Shown here one piece after another: positions 26,996 to 35,782 of a stretch of DNA of 64,000 nt (position 1 is its first letter; the number at the start of each line of letters is the position of its first letter). Under the pieces are notes generated by a model. That model was not told where the DNA came from. It saw only the letters and a list, made by a program, of their open reading frames with translations, and made no database searches. The position numbers and the translations under genes are program-made. This DNA is from a virus (Duplodnaviria; Caudoviricetes), in IMG/VR virus record IMGVR_UViG_2827986130_000001, positions 3,239 to 67,238 of that record; one strand, given 5' to 3'.

Positions 26996-27280
26996 ATGAA
27001 CGAAGTCAACGCACGCGCGGTCCCAGTCATGGGCGGCTTCGAGGGACAGTTCCGCAAAGTCCATAAGGCGGCCTGGGAATCGGTCTGCATCAACGGTGTC
27101 GCCCAGCTCTACCCAACGCAGTTCGAGGCCGAAACGATGGCCTGGCGAGCGCTCCACAGCCATCTCTGCGGTGTCATCGTCGGGACCGGTGACAAAGTCT
27201 CTCCGATGCGCTCCAAAGCCGAAGCTCAGTTCGGCGCGATCTTCAAGAAGGGTCGCAAGATCGAGGTGGAGCGGCGGTGA
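26996..27280 (+). CDS. Hypothetical protein
   Basis: ORF resuming the operon; resembles 30317..30652 in its VERR C-terminus. Confidence 0.6.
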   Translation: MNEVNARAVPVMGGFEGQFRKVHKAAWESVCINGVAQLYPTQFEAETMAWRALHSHLCGVIVGTGDKVSPMRSKAEAQFGAIFKKGRKIEVERR

Positions 27281-28077
27281 GCGAGAAAGCAAAATTCAGG
27301 TCAGAGGCCGAGCTCTGCGCCACCTTCATCTCGCAGTTACCCGAGGGTTGGACCGCATATCCGGAGACCGCCGGCTTCGATATCCTGCTGAGCCGTGACG
27401 CCGACGGCGCCCAGGTCGGTATCGAAGCCAAGCTCGTCCTCAACGCCAAGGTCATCGAGCAAGCGGTCCCCCACGACAACTGGTGGCATGCCGATGGCGA
27501 ACAGCCCGATTTCCGGGCCGCCCTCGTACCATGGGGCTGCGCCGGCGGCCTCTCCGGGGTCTGCGGGCTCCTCGGCATCACCGTCATCCAGATGGCCTCG
27601 AAGGAGCTCTACCAATCCTGGTATGAGGGCTCCCGCCGAAAGATGCGGCCTGAGCTGCCGAAGGTCGGCATGTCTACCTGGGAGGAAAGGGATTGGCGGG
27701 ACTGGTGTCCGGCGAAACGCTGCACCCTTCCCGACTACATCCCAGACGTCACCGCCGGCGCCTCGGCACCCGTGCAGCTATCGGACTGGAAGATAAGGGC
27801 GATCAAGCTCGTCGTTCTCCTCGATCGGCGCGGCTACGTGACCCGGGCCGACTTCAAGCACCTCCAACTCGACCCAGGCCGATGGATCTATAGCGGGCGG
27901 TGGCTCGTCCATGGTGCGGTCAAAGGGCAGTTCGTGCGCTGTAACGAAACCCCTGACTTCAGGACCCAGCATCCAGTGAATTTCGAGCAGATCGCCGCCG
28001 ATTTCGAGAAATGGTCCCCGGTTCAGATCCGGGCCGATCATTTGGCAACGCCAGAACATCAGGAGCGCATGCTCTGA
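27277..28077 (+). CDS. PD-(D/E)XK nuclease-fold protein
   Basis: SEAEL...YPETAGFDIL...GIEAKL. Confidence 0.6.
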   Translation: MSEKAKFRSEAELCATFISQLPEGWTAYPETAGFDILLSRDADGAQVGIEAKLVLNAKVIEQAVPHDNWWHADGEQPDFRAALVPWGCAGGLSGVCGLLGITVIQMASKELYQSWYEGSRRKMRPELPKVGMSTWEERDWRDWCPAKRCTLPDYIPDVTAGASAPVQLSDWKIRAIKLVVLLDRRGYVTRADFKHLQLDPGRWIYSGRWLVHGAVKGQFVRCNETPDFRTQHPVNFEQIAADFEKWSPVQIRADHLATPEHQERML

Positions 28078-30320
28078 TGTCGTCCGATTTCCGTGTTTCT
28101 ATCGAGCCGATCGCGCTCAGGATCCTGCCCGAATTCATCGGGGATCCGAACCGCGCGTTGTCGTCGAAGACCGAGTTGCGCTGGGGCAAAAACGGCAGCT
28201 TCTCAGTCGACCTCGTCAAGAACACCTGGCACGACCACGAGGACCAGAGCGGGGGCGGCGTCCTCGACCTCCTCCGCGCCTTCAAGGGCTACGAGAAGCC
28301 CGAGGCCGTGGAATGGCTGCAGGAGCAAGGCTATCTGGAACGCAGGGAGCGTCCGAACGGCGCCGCCGAGGGGACATCCCCACAAGGCAAGTTCGCCGGG
28401 TTCATGGACGACTGGCCAGTGGCGACGTTCGAGTACTTCGACGACCGCGGCCGCCTTGCCTACGAGGTCCTGAAGTTCGCGAAGACTGCACCACGCCGCT
28501 ACATGCAGCGGCGGCCACATCCCGCCGGCGGCTGGATCTGGGGTCTCCAGGAAGGGCTCTACGGGAAGACGAGATCCGGGGACTGGTTCAAGGCCAAAGA
28601 GGGCAAGCACTACGAGGCCGAGGAAACCTTCGAGGAGGCCCCGCGCTGGTTGTATCGTCGCGACGAGGTCCTCGCCGCCATCAAGGATGGCCGCCCCGTC
28701 GTGCTGGTCGGCGGCGAAAAGGACGTCGAAACCATCAGGGCCTGGGATCTTGTCGCGACCACAAACGCCGGCGGCGAAAAGTACTGGCGGGAGAGCTTCG
28801 ACGACGACCTCGCCGGCGCCGACATCATCATATGCGGCGACAACGATGACACCGGCCGGCAACGCACGATGTTGCGTGGTGCATCGCTGAAACCACGGGC
28901 GAAATCGGTCCGCGTCCTCGATCTTGCCGTGCACTGGAAGGAGATGCCGGAGAAAAACGACGTCTCGGACTGGAAGGAAAAGGCCGGCGGCAACGCGGAG
29001 AAGTTCGCGGTTCTGCTGAAAAAGGCCCCACCCTGGACCCCGGTGCGGCCGCGCGAGTTCGGGGCGTACTACCACGACGAGATAGACGGGCCCGGGCTCG
29101 AATACGACTACATCATTGATGGCTTGCTGACATCTCGCGGTCGCTCCGTTTTCGGGGGGCCATCGGGATCAGGGAAATCGTTCTTCGCCCTTCATGCGGC
29201 ATACTGCATCGGCCGCGGTCACGAATTCTTCGGCCACGCCGTCGAGCGTGGTGGCGTCATCTACCAGGCCGGTGAAGGCGGCCTCGGTATGAAGAAGCGC
29301 CAGAAGGCCTATAGGAAACACTTCAAGGTCGAAGACGACGAGGATATCCCGCTTGTCGTCCTGCCAGCCAAGGTCGATCTGTTTGCACGTGAAGGCGACA
29401 CCGACAAGCTGATAGCCACGATCAAGGCTATCAAGATCACGATGTCGGTGCCACTGCGCGTCGTGTTCATCGATACCTTGGCAACAGCCACGATCGGCGC
29501 CGATGAGAACTCCGGTAAGGACATGTCCGTTGTCCTCGCCAACATCGCCCGCATCGAGCACGAATGCGGCGTCCATGTCTGTCTCGTCCATCACATGAAC
29601 GCCGACGGCAAAAAGCTGCGTGGTCATACCTCGATCCATGCCAACGTCGACACCGTCGTTGTGATCACCATGGACGAAAACACCCGGATACGCACCGCCC
29701 GGCTGGCGAAGCAAAAAGACGACGAAGACGGCTTGAAGATCCCGTTCACGCTGGCATCAGTCGAGGTCGGCGAGAATCCGAAAACCGGGAAACCGATCAC
29801 GAGCTGCGTCGTCCTCACGGTTTCCGAAAAGGATGCCCTCAAGAAGGAGCAGCAGCAATTCGGCTATTCGGTGCGGCCCACCGAGGAGGCCCTGCTGATC
29901 CCGATGTTCCGCGCCATCAAAAAATACGGCCGGTTCGTCGCCGAGGAGAAGGATGGGCCACCAGAGGCCGTCGGGAAACATGTCGTCGACTTCGGGCACT
30001 TCCTCGATGTCGCCGTCGAGATGGACGCCAGCGAGAACGACAAGATCGCGGCTCGCGCAAAGATCCGGAAAGCGTTCGAGCGCAACACCTCCTATCTGAT
30101 CAAGCACCAGGTCATCGCGTTCAAGCGGACCTCTGAAAAAGCCGCGCTGGTGTGGTGGACCGGGAAGCCGATCCGGGGCTTCCCGCACACGTTCCCCGAC
30201 GACATGCGCAATCGGACAAATCCCGGACAGAACCCGGACATTTCCGAGACATTCTCGCCCCCACCGATCTCGCCGGGCCTCGCCGACATGATCGATTCCG
30301 ACCAGGAGATCCTGCTTTGA
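28077..30320 (+). CDS. Primase-helicase (TOPRIM + RepA/AAA_25 helicase)
   Basis: GEKD...DND..G TOPRIM; GPSGSGKS, AGEG, FIDTLA, DEN, VHH, RGHT. Confidence 0.9.
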   Translation: MSSDFRVSIEPIALRILPEFIGDPNRALSSKTELRWGKNGSFSVDLVKNTWHDHEDQSGGGVLDLLRAFKGYEKPEAVEWLQEQGYLERRERPNGAAEGTSPQGKFAGFMDDWPVATFEYFDDRGRLAYEVLKFAKTAPRRYMQRRPHPAGGWIWGLQEGLYGKTRSGDWFKAKEGKHYEAEETFEEAPRWLYRRDEVLAAIKDGRPVVLVGGEKDVETIRAWDLVATTNAGGEKYWRESFDDDLAGADIIICGDNDDTGRQRTMLRGASLKPRAKSVRVLDLAVHWKEMPEKNDVSDWKEKAGGNAEKFAVLLKKAPPWTPVRPREFGAYYHDEIDGPGLEYDYIIDGLLTSRGRSVFGGPSGSGKSFFALHAAYCIGRGHEFFGHAVERGGVIYQAGEGGLGMKKRQKAYRKHFKVEDDEDIPLVVLPAKVDLFAREGDTDKLIATIKAIKITMSVPLRVVFIDTLATATIGADENSGKDMSVVLANIARIEHECGVHVCLVHHMNADGKKLRGHTSIHANVDTVVVITMDENTRIRTARLAKQKDDEDGLKIPFTLASVEVGENPKTGKPITSCVVLTVSEKDALKKEQQQFGYSVRPTEEALLIPMFRAIKKYGRFVAEEKDGPPEAVGKHVVDFGHFLDVAVEMDASENDKIAARAKIRKAFERNTSYLIKHQVIAFKRTSEKAALVWWTGKPIRGFPHTFPDDMRNRTNPGQNPDISETFSPPPISPGLADMIDSDQEILL
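30212..30254 (+). repeat. Four 11-bp-phased cgGACA repeats (candidate iterons)
   Basis: GACA at 30215, 30226, 30237, 30248. Confidence 0.65.
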
Positions 30321-30652
30321 GCGATCTCCGTGTCGAGGCAATCGGGTTCCCGGGCTACTACTGTGCGGTCTATCGCCGTGACGGCATCCCGGACCGGTTG
30401 CTGGATGGTGCCGACGGTCGGCCCGAACAATTCCCATCGGCCTGGGCCGCGGTGCAAGCCGGGAAAGCTGCATTGATGCAGAGCCGCGATGCCGATGCGC
30501 CGTTCGTGGAGGCTGATCCGCTTGGGGTCACGACCTGGCTAGCCGATCGTGACGCCGCGATCGCAGCTGAACGCCACAGGGTGTTTGGCCCCGATCAGCC
30601 CCGCGATCGTGGTGGCCGTGTCTTCGTGGTCGAACGGAGGCGGCGCCGATGA
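30317..30652 (+). CDS. Hypothetical protein
   Basis: TTG start overlapping primase-helicase stop. Confidence 0.55.
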   Translation: MSDLRVEAIGFPGYYCAVYRRDGIPDRLLDGADGRPEQFPSAWAAVQAGKAALMQSRDADAPFVEADPLGVTTWLADRDAAIAAERHRVFGPDQPRDRGGRVFVVERRRRR

Positions 30653-31083
30653 CGGTTCACGACCTCTGCGCCGAATTCGGGATCAGGATCATCGATGGCC
30701 ACCGTTACCCCGAGGTAGGTGAAACCCGGGCGGTGGCGACGCTGGAACGGATCCTGCGTCGGTACGGCGAAGGCCATCTCCGGCTTGTGCTGACCACACT
30801 GGCGGAGACCGCAAACAACAAGGTTCTGCTCGACGAGGTCGGGCTGTGGATGGCGTCGGATCTCATCAGGGCTTGTGCCGGCATCGTCGAAAGCCGGGCC
30901 GATGACTGGCTGCAGACCTGGGATGCGATGCCCGTCGGCGAACTCCAGTTCATCTGCCAGGACCTCCGCGGCTTCGTTCCCCAACGCACCGCCTTGGGCG
31001 GCATGGTCTACGAGCGAATATTTAGAAGATTCGGGCAGAATGCCGGCCAGTTCGATCTCTTCGACGACAGGCGGGCGAAGTGA
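30649..31083 (+). CDS. Conserved rhizobial-phage protein
   Basis: GETRAVATLERILRRYGEGHLRLVL motif. Confidence 0.7.
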   Translation: MTVHDLCAEFGIRIIDGHRYPEVGETRAVATLERILRRYGEGHLRLVLTTLAETANNKVLLDEVGLWMASDLIRACAGIVESRADDWLQTWDAMPVGELQFICQDLRGFVPQRTALGGMVYERIFRRFGQNAGQFDLFDDRRAK

Positions 31084-31784
31084 GTACGACCGGAATGAAC
31101 ATCGGAGACATCGCGGAGCACTTCATACGCGCCGCCGAGATCGATCGGGCGACCCGCGAGCATGTCGGGCCTGCGCTGGTTCGATCGCTGCCGCTGCCCT
31201 ATGTGCATAGCCGCGCCGACAAGAACGGCTGGGGTAAAGAGGATGGTGACAGCCTGGTCGGGGGCGCCGATCCCCTCGCCGAGGAGCGCAAAGCGTTTTG
31301 GGAGCGGATCGGGGTGCTGCCGTCGGCGCATGAGATCACGGAGCTCGAGGCGATTCATGACTGGTTGACATCTGTTGCCAACGATAAGGAACGGCGCGCC
31401 CTACTGGCATGGGCTCGATCGAAGGTGGGTGGGAAGTCGTTCCGGAACTGGTGCTTCAAGACAGAGGGCATCCATCCCAACACCGGTCGGGAAAGAAAAA
31501 ATCGGGCTTTGGAGCAGATCGCGGCCATTTTGGGCCGCAAGGGTTCCCACAATAGCGAAACCGCCGATTCCGGGGAGTTGCTTCACACCCATGAAATCGA
31601 CGATGTTTCGGATACGGTCGCGGAAGATGCAGGCGAACGAGACACCCTGAATTCCTGGCTCGCCGATGGGGCCTTCGCGAAGGTTCTTCCATCCGAATTC
31701 GACGATTTCAGCTGGGCCGCCAGACGCAACGAGCGTCGGCGCCAGCAGCGCGAGGCCAAGAAAAAGAAGAAGGCGGCCTCTTAA
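31080..31784 (+). CDS. Putative late-gene regulator (Q position, DUF6362-like)
   Basis: Last gene of replication operon; C-terminal HTH-like segment. Confidence 0.55.
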   Translation: MSTTGMNIGDIAEHFIRAAEIDRATREHVGPALVRSLPLPYVHSRADKNGWGKEDGDSLVGGADPLAEERKAFWERIGVLPSAHEITELEAIHDWLTSVANDKERRALLAWARSKVGGKSFRNWCFKTEGIHPNTGRERKNRALEQIAAILGRKGSHNSETADSGELLHTHEIDDVSDTVAEDAGERDTLNSWLADGAFAKVLPSEFDDFSWAARRNERRRQQREAKKKKKAAS

Positions 31785-31842
31785 CCGCTTCTCATCCTTT
31801 CCGTTTTCATGATGTGCCGACGTGCGCATGCAGGACGGTGGG

Positions 31843-32100
31843 ATGACAGAGCAGTTGGACTGGCAGAACGATGCGATCTGGGGTGCCATCGACGAGATCG
31901 CAGCCGCGAGCCAGATGTCGGCATCCCGTCTCGCGATAGTCTCGGGTTTCGATTCCACCGCCTTCAACAAATCGAAGCGCGTCATTCGCGGCCAAAAGCG
32001 GTGGCCTTCGATGGAAGTCATCGCCAGCGTGCTACAAACCGCCGGAATGACCTATGCCGAGTTCGGCGCCCTGGTCGACAAGAAGATGGGGCGGCGCTGA
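31843..32100 (+). CDS. HTH-only homolog of a conserved alphaproteobacterial XRE-S24 regulator
   Basis: IWGAIDEIA...SASRLA..SG.D.TAFNKSKR....RWPS.E motif. Confidence 0.75.
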   Translation: MTEQLDWQNDAIWGAIDEIAAASQMSASRLAIVSGFDSTAFNKSKRVIRGQKRWPSMEVIASVLQTAGMTYAEFGALVDKKMGRR

Positions 32101-32110
32101 TAACGGACGA

Positions 32111-32362
32111 TCAACGCCCCTTCAGCATTTTCAATGCGCTCATCCTGGAGTCGATCAGCTCCCTCACCAGGTGCAGGGCGTCAAGCTCGACCTCGGCTAA
32201 GACGCGGCCGTATGCGGCTGGCGACTTGATCTGGATTTGTAGGAATTCAGTGGCCGCATCGAGGTCGGGATCATCGGAATAGGTAAGACGTACCGGCAGA
32301 TAGACGAGTTCATCGACGGTCGGATCGCCGGTGATATCGATGTGCTGAAGCGATAGACGCAT
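32111..32362 (-). CDS. Small antisense hypothetical protein
   Basis: AAGGA RBS; protein-like composition. Confidence 0.5.
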   Translation of the reverse strand: MRLSLQHIDITGDPTVDELVYLPVRLTYSDDPDLDAATEFLQIQIKSPAAYGRVLAEVELDALHLVRELIDSRMSALKMLKGR

Positions 32363-32503
32363 GGATATGGTTCCTTGTTGGTCCCTTCAAGGTACCACGC
32401 AACGAGACCTGTTTGCGGCGGCCACCTACCGCTGTGCACTGAATCCGGCGTGATCGCGGTTCGAATCGCGGATTTCCGTCAAGCCGAAATCGGCTTTTCA
32501 GGA

Positions 32504-32539
32504 TCGGACAAAACCGGGACATTTCCCGGACATTCCCGG
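32504..32539 (+). repeat. Three 11-bp-phased gGACA repeats (second candidate iteron array)
   Basis: GACA at 32507, 32518, 32529; same unit as 30212-30254. Confidence 0.65.
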
Positions 32540-32707
32540 CCGGTTTGACAGCGCCTCGAAAAAGGTTTCGGGTCTCTCGCGACCCCCTCCCTCGCGTAGA
32601 CGCCAAGGTTTGATATCGCCTGCCTCCGGGCGGCCTACAGGCCGGCCCGGCAGAGATGAAGCGCTCTACGATCACAAGGTCAGTGCTAGGAAGAAAAGGA
32701 GCTCGAC

Positions 32708-33040
32708 ATGGCAAAGCTGCGCATGATCGCTCCAACACTGCGCACCATGGACACCCGGACGGTACGTCCCCCGGTGAAGACGGCTGACGCCTTCTATCTC
32801 TCTCCGGAATGGCGGAAGCTGATGTCTTCCATCATCGCTACACGCGGTCGGATCTGTGAGGACAAGCATTGCGACGGCAGAACCCACAAGCCAGGCATGC
32901 GCGTCTTCGGTGATCACATCGTCGAGCTCCAGGACGGCGGCGCCCCGCTTGATCCAGCCAACGTGCTGCTTCGCTGTGGCGCCTCGCACACCAAGAAGAC
33001 CGCAGCTGCTCGAGCGCGTCGTCTGGCCGAGAGGTACTGA
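32708..33040 (+). CDS. HNH endonuclease (terminase-associated, HK97 gp74-like)
   Basis: FYLSPEWRKL, CEDKHC, DHIVELQDGG..LD..N...C...H..KT. Confidence 0.88.
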   Translation: MAKLRMIAPTLRTMDTRTVRPPVKTADAFYLSPEWRKLMSSIIATRGRICEDKHCDGRTHKPGMRVFGDHIVELQDGGAPLDPANVLLRCGASHTKKTAAARARRLAERY

Positions 33041-33300
33041 TGAAGAACACCTTCAAGATCACCGTAGGTAGCAGCCCAGTGACCAGCTCCGTCGAGCTCA
33101 ACGGCGTCAGGCTTGATGGTGTTGTCAGGGTCGCATTCGATCTCGACGGAAGGAACAAAACCTTCCTCAAGCTTGAGATCATGGGTGAAGCCGTCGTCGA
33201 GGGCGAGTACGTCGACCGTGTCATTGCGTCGACAGAAGGGACATATGACGAGATGCTGCACGGCGAAGGCGTCGGACGTCCCATCCTGCCCCTCCTCTGA
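33040..33300 (+). CDS. Hypothetical protein
   Basis: Coupled ORF (TGATG). Confidence 0.6.
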   Translation: MKNTFKITVGSSPVTSSVELNGVRLDGVVRVAFDLDGRNKTFLKLEIMGEAVVEGEYVDRVIASTEGTYDEMLHGEGVGRPILPLL

Positions 33301-33473
33301 CCTCGACCCCAGCGGTCGCCTGCACCTCGCCGAGGGAGGGGGGGGGCCGATCCCTAGGGCATCCGGGGCCCCCAACCGCATGGGGGTCATTCGCACAATT
33401 TTTTCGAGGGCCCGGAAAAACGGGCCGGTTTGGCTGAAACGGCCAAAATAACCCATCCTTTCGGAGTGCAGAC
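33301..33473. other. Probable cos/packaging initiation region
   Basis: Non-coding gap between HNH block and terS with G-run, inverted repeats and T/A tracts; positional inference. Confidence 0.4.
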
Positions 33474-33902
33474 ATGGCTGGACGTGGTCGGCCGCAGTTC
33501 AAGCCGACGCCGGCGCTGCGTCGTAAAGTGGAAGAGCTCGTTTCCTGTGGGATGTCGAAGGACGAGTGCGCCCGCGCGATCGGCTGCTCGACGCCAACGC
33601 TCGAAAAGTACTTCGAAGAGGAACTCGCCAATGGCGTCGCCAAGAAGCGGGCCGAGGTCATCGGTCTCCTCTATCGCGAAGCCAAAAAGGGCAACGTGAC
33701 CGCTCAGAAGAAGCTCGAGGAGATGACCCGGGTTGCCGCCGCGGCGGAATCGGTCAACGCCAGGTCCGGCACGACGCCGGCTCCGCAAGAACGGGCGGCG
33801 CCGAAGCTCGGCAAGAAAGAAGAACGTCAGGCCGCAGCTGGTCGCGTCGGCGGCAAATATGCGCCGCCGGAACCGCCGAAGCTGGTCGTCGATAACCGGT
33901 GA
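33474..33902 (+). CDS. Terminase small subunit
   Basis: N-terminal HTH (ARAIGCSTPTLEKYF.EEL), GNVTAQ, LGKKEER; precedes terL. Confidence 0.8.
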   Translation: MAGRGRPQFKPTPALRRKVEELVSCGMSKDECARAIGCSTPTLEKYFEEELANGVAKKRAEVIGLLYREAKKGNVTAQKKLEEMTRVAAAAESVNARSGTTPAPQERAAPKLGKKEERQAAAGRVGGKYAPPEPPKLVVDNR

Positions 33903-35782
33903 AGCACTGGGACACGTCCTGCGTCGACTGGGAACGCAGGATCATCGCCGGCGAGACGCTGATCCCGTTCGAGCCGCTGTTCCCCGACGAGGCCGAAGCC
34001 GCCCTCGCCGTCTTCAAATCGCTCCGGATCGTTGACGCACCGGGCAGTCCAACGTTCGGCGAGGCCTGTGAAGAATGGGTCTTCGACTTCGTCAGGGCCA
34101 TTTTCGGCGCCTACGACCCAGTCGGTGCCAAACGGCTAATCCGAGAATTCTTCCTGCTGATCAGCAAGAAGAACGCCAAATCGACGATCGCCGCCGGCAT
34201 TATGCTCACCGCGCTGATCCGGAATTGGCGGCACTCCGCGGAGCTTCTGATCCTGGCGCCGACGCTGGAGATCGCGAACAACTCGTACAAGCCTGCCGCC
34301 GACATGGTGCGCGCCGATCCTGAGCTGATGGATCTGCTGCAGATCCAGGACAACTTCCGCCAGATCACGCACCGCCTCACCAAGGCGGTGCTCAAGGTTG
34401 TCGCAGCCGACACCGACACCGTCGGCGGCAAGAAGGCCGCCTTCGTTCTTGTCGACGAGCTCTGGATCTTCGGCAAACGTCTCGGCGCCGACGCGATGCT
34501 GCGCGAGGCCACGGGCGGACTGGTGTCGAGACCGGAAGGGTTCGTTATCTATCTGACAACCCACTCCGATGCACCGCCGGCCGGTGTCTTCAAGGCCAAG
34601 CTGGACTATTACCGCGACGTCCGCGACGGCAAGATCGTGGATCCGAAGAGCCTCGGCGTCCTCTATGAGTTCCCGGCGCACATCTTGAAGGCGCAGGGCC
34701 ACCTCGATCCCAAGAATTTCAGGATCACGAACCCGAACATGAACCGTTCGGTGAGCCAGGAATGGCTTGAGGACGAGCTGAAGAAGGCGAGCTCGCCTGA
34801 TACGCGCCGGACCTTCCTAGCGAAACATCTCAATGTCGAGATCGGCATGAACCTCAGGGCCAACCGTTGGCCCGGCGCCGATCACTGGGAGCGCGCTGTC
34901 GATCCAGATCTCGCCGCGATCTATGCGCGATCGCCGTTCGAGGCACTCTATGCGCTGCTCGATCGTTGCGAATGCGTGGTTTGCGGCGCCGACGGCGGTG
35001 GCCTCGATGATCTCTACGGCCTCAATGTCCTCGGTCGCGAACCCGATGAGATCGAGGTCGAGTTCGAGATCCTCGGCCGCAAGGTCGTCCAGAAAATGAA
35101 GCGCTGGCTCTCGTGGAGCCACGCCTGGTGCCACACCGGTGTGCTCACCCTTCGCCAGTCCATAGCGACACAGCTGCTTGGGTTCGAGAAGGCTGGCGAG
35201 CTCACCATCGTGGGCGACGAACTCAGTGATCTCGGTTCCATCGTCGAGATCATCGGCATGGTGAAGGATCGCGGGCTGCTCGGCGGCGTCGGGGTGGATC
35301 CTGCGGGCCTCGGTGAGTTCGTCGAGCTCCTTGCCGAGATCGAAGTCACCCAAGACAACGGCCTTTTGCACGGCGTCCCGCAGGGCTTCGGCATGATGAA
35401 TGCCATCAAGACGTCGGAGCGCCGTCTTGCGAAGGGTCTCCTTCGTCACTGCGGAGGGCTGTTGATGCCATGGGCGGTGTCGAACCTGCAGATCGAGCCC
35501 ACGGCAACCGCGATCCGGGCGACAAAACAGAACGCCGGTGACGCCAAGATCGATCCTGTTATGGCGCTGTTCGATTCCGCCACTGTGATGGTGAAGAACC
35601 CGGAGGCGAACCGCTCAGTTTACGACCAAATGGCCGACAATGAGCCGTCAGCACCCGCTGATGAGGAGCTTTCCAAGGACGAAGAAGCGGAAATCTTGGC
35701 CAATCCAGCGCACCCGCGGTGGCAAGAGATGCGCGAAAAGTTTGAACGGCAGTTCGAAGCTGCAGACGAGGATTCTTACTGA
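33899..35782 (+). CDS. Terminase large subunit
   Basis: ISKKNAKST, VLVDELW, YLTT, NPN, DGGGLDDL, KIDPVMA. Confidence 0.95.
   Translation: MKHWDTSCVDWERRIIAGETLIPFEPLFPDEAEAALAVFKSLRIVDAPGSPTFGEACEEWVFDFVRAIFGAYDPVGAKRLIREFFLLISKKNAKSTIAAGIMLTALIRNWRHSAELLILAPTLEIANNSYKPAADMVRADPELMDLLQIQDNFRQITHRLTKAVLKVVAADTDTVGGKKAAFVLVDELWIFGKRLGADAMLREATGGLVSRPEGFVIYLTTHSDAPPAGVFKAKLDYYRDVRDGKIVDPKSLGVLYEFPAHILKAQGHLDPKNFRITNPNMNRSVSQEWLEDELKKASSPDTRRTFLAKHLNVEIGMNLRANRWPGADHWERAVDPDLAAIYARSPFEALYALLDRCECVVCGADGGGLDDLYGLNVLGREPDEIEVEFEILGRKVVQKMKRWLSWSHAWCHTGVLTLRQSIATQLLGFEKAGELTIVGDELSDLGSIVEIIGMVKDRGLLGGVGVDPAGLGEFVELLAEIEVTQDNGLLHGVPQGFGMMNAIKTSERRLAKGLLRHCGGLLMPWAVSNLQIEPTATAIRATKQNAGDAKIDPVMALFDSATVMVKNPEANRSVYDQMADNEPSAPADEELSKDEEAEILANPAHPRWQEMREKFERQFEAADEDSY

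Noticed and set aside
26292-26999. 235-aa plus-strand ORF in operon orientation
   Set aside because: The minus-strand ORF has an RBS, TM segments and protein-like composition; the plus ORF does not
33338-33346. G9 homopolymer as a phase-variation tract
   Set aside because: Intergenic, in the presumed cos region where G-runs are common; no frame affected
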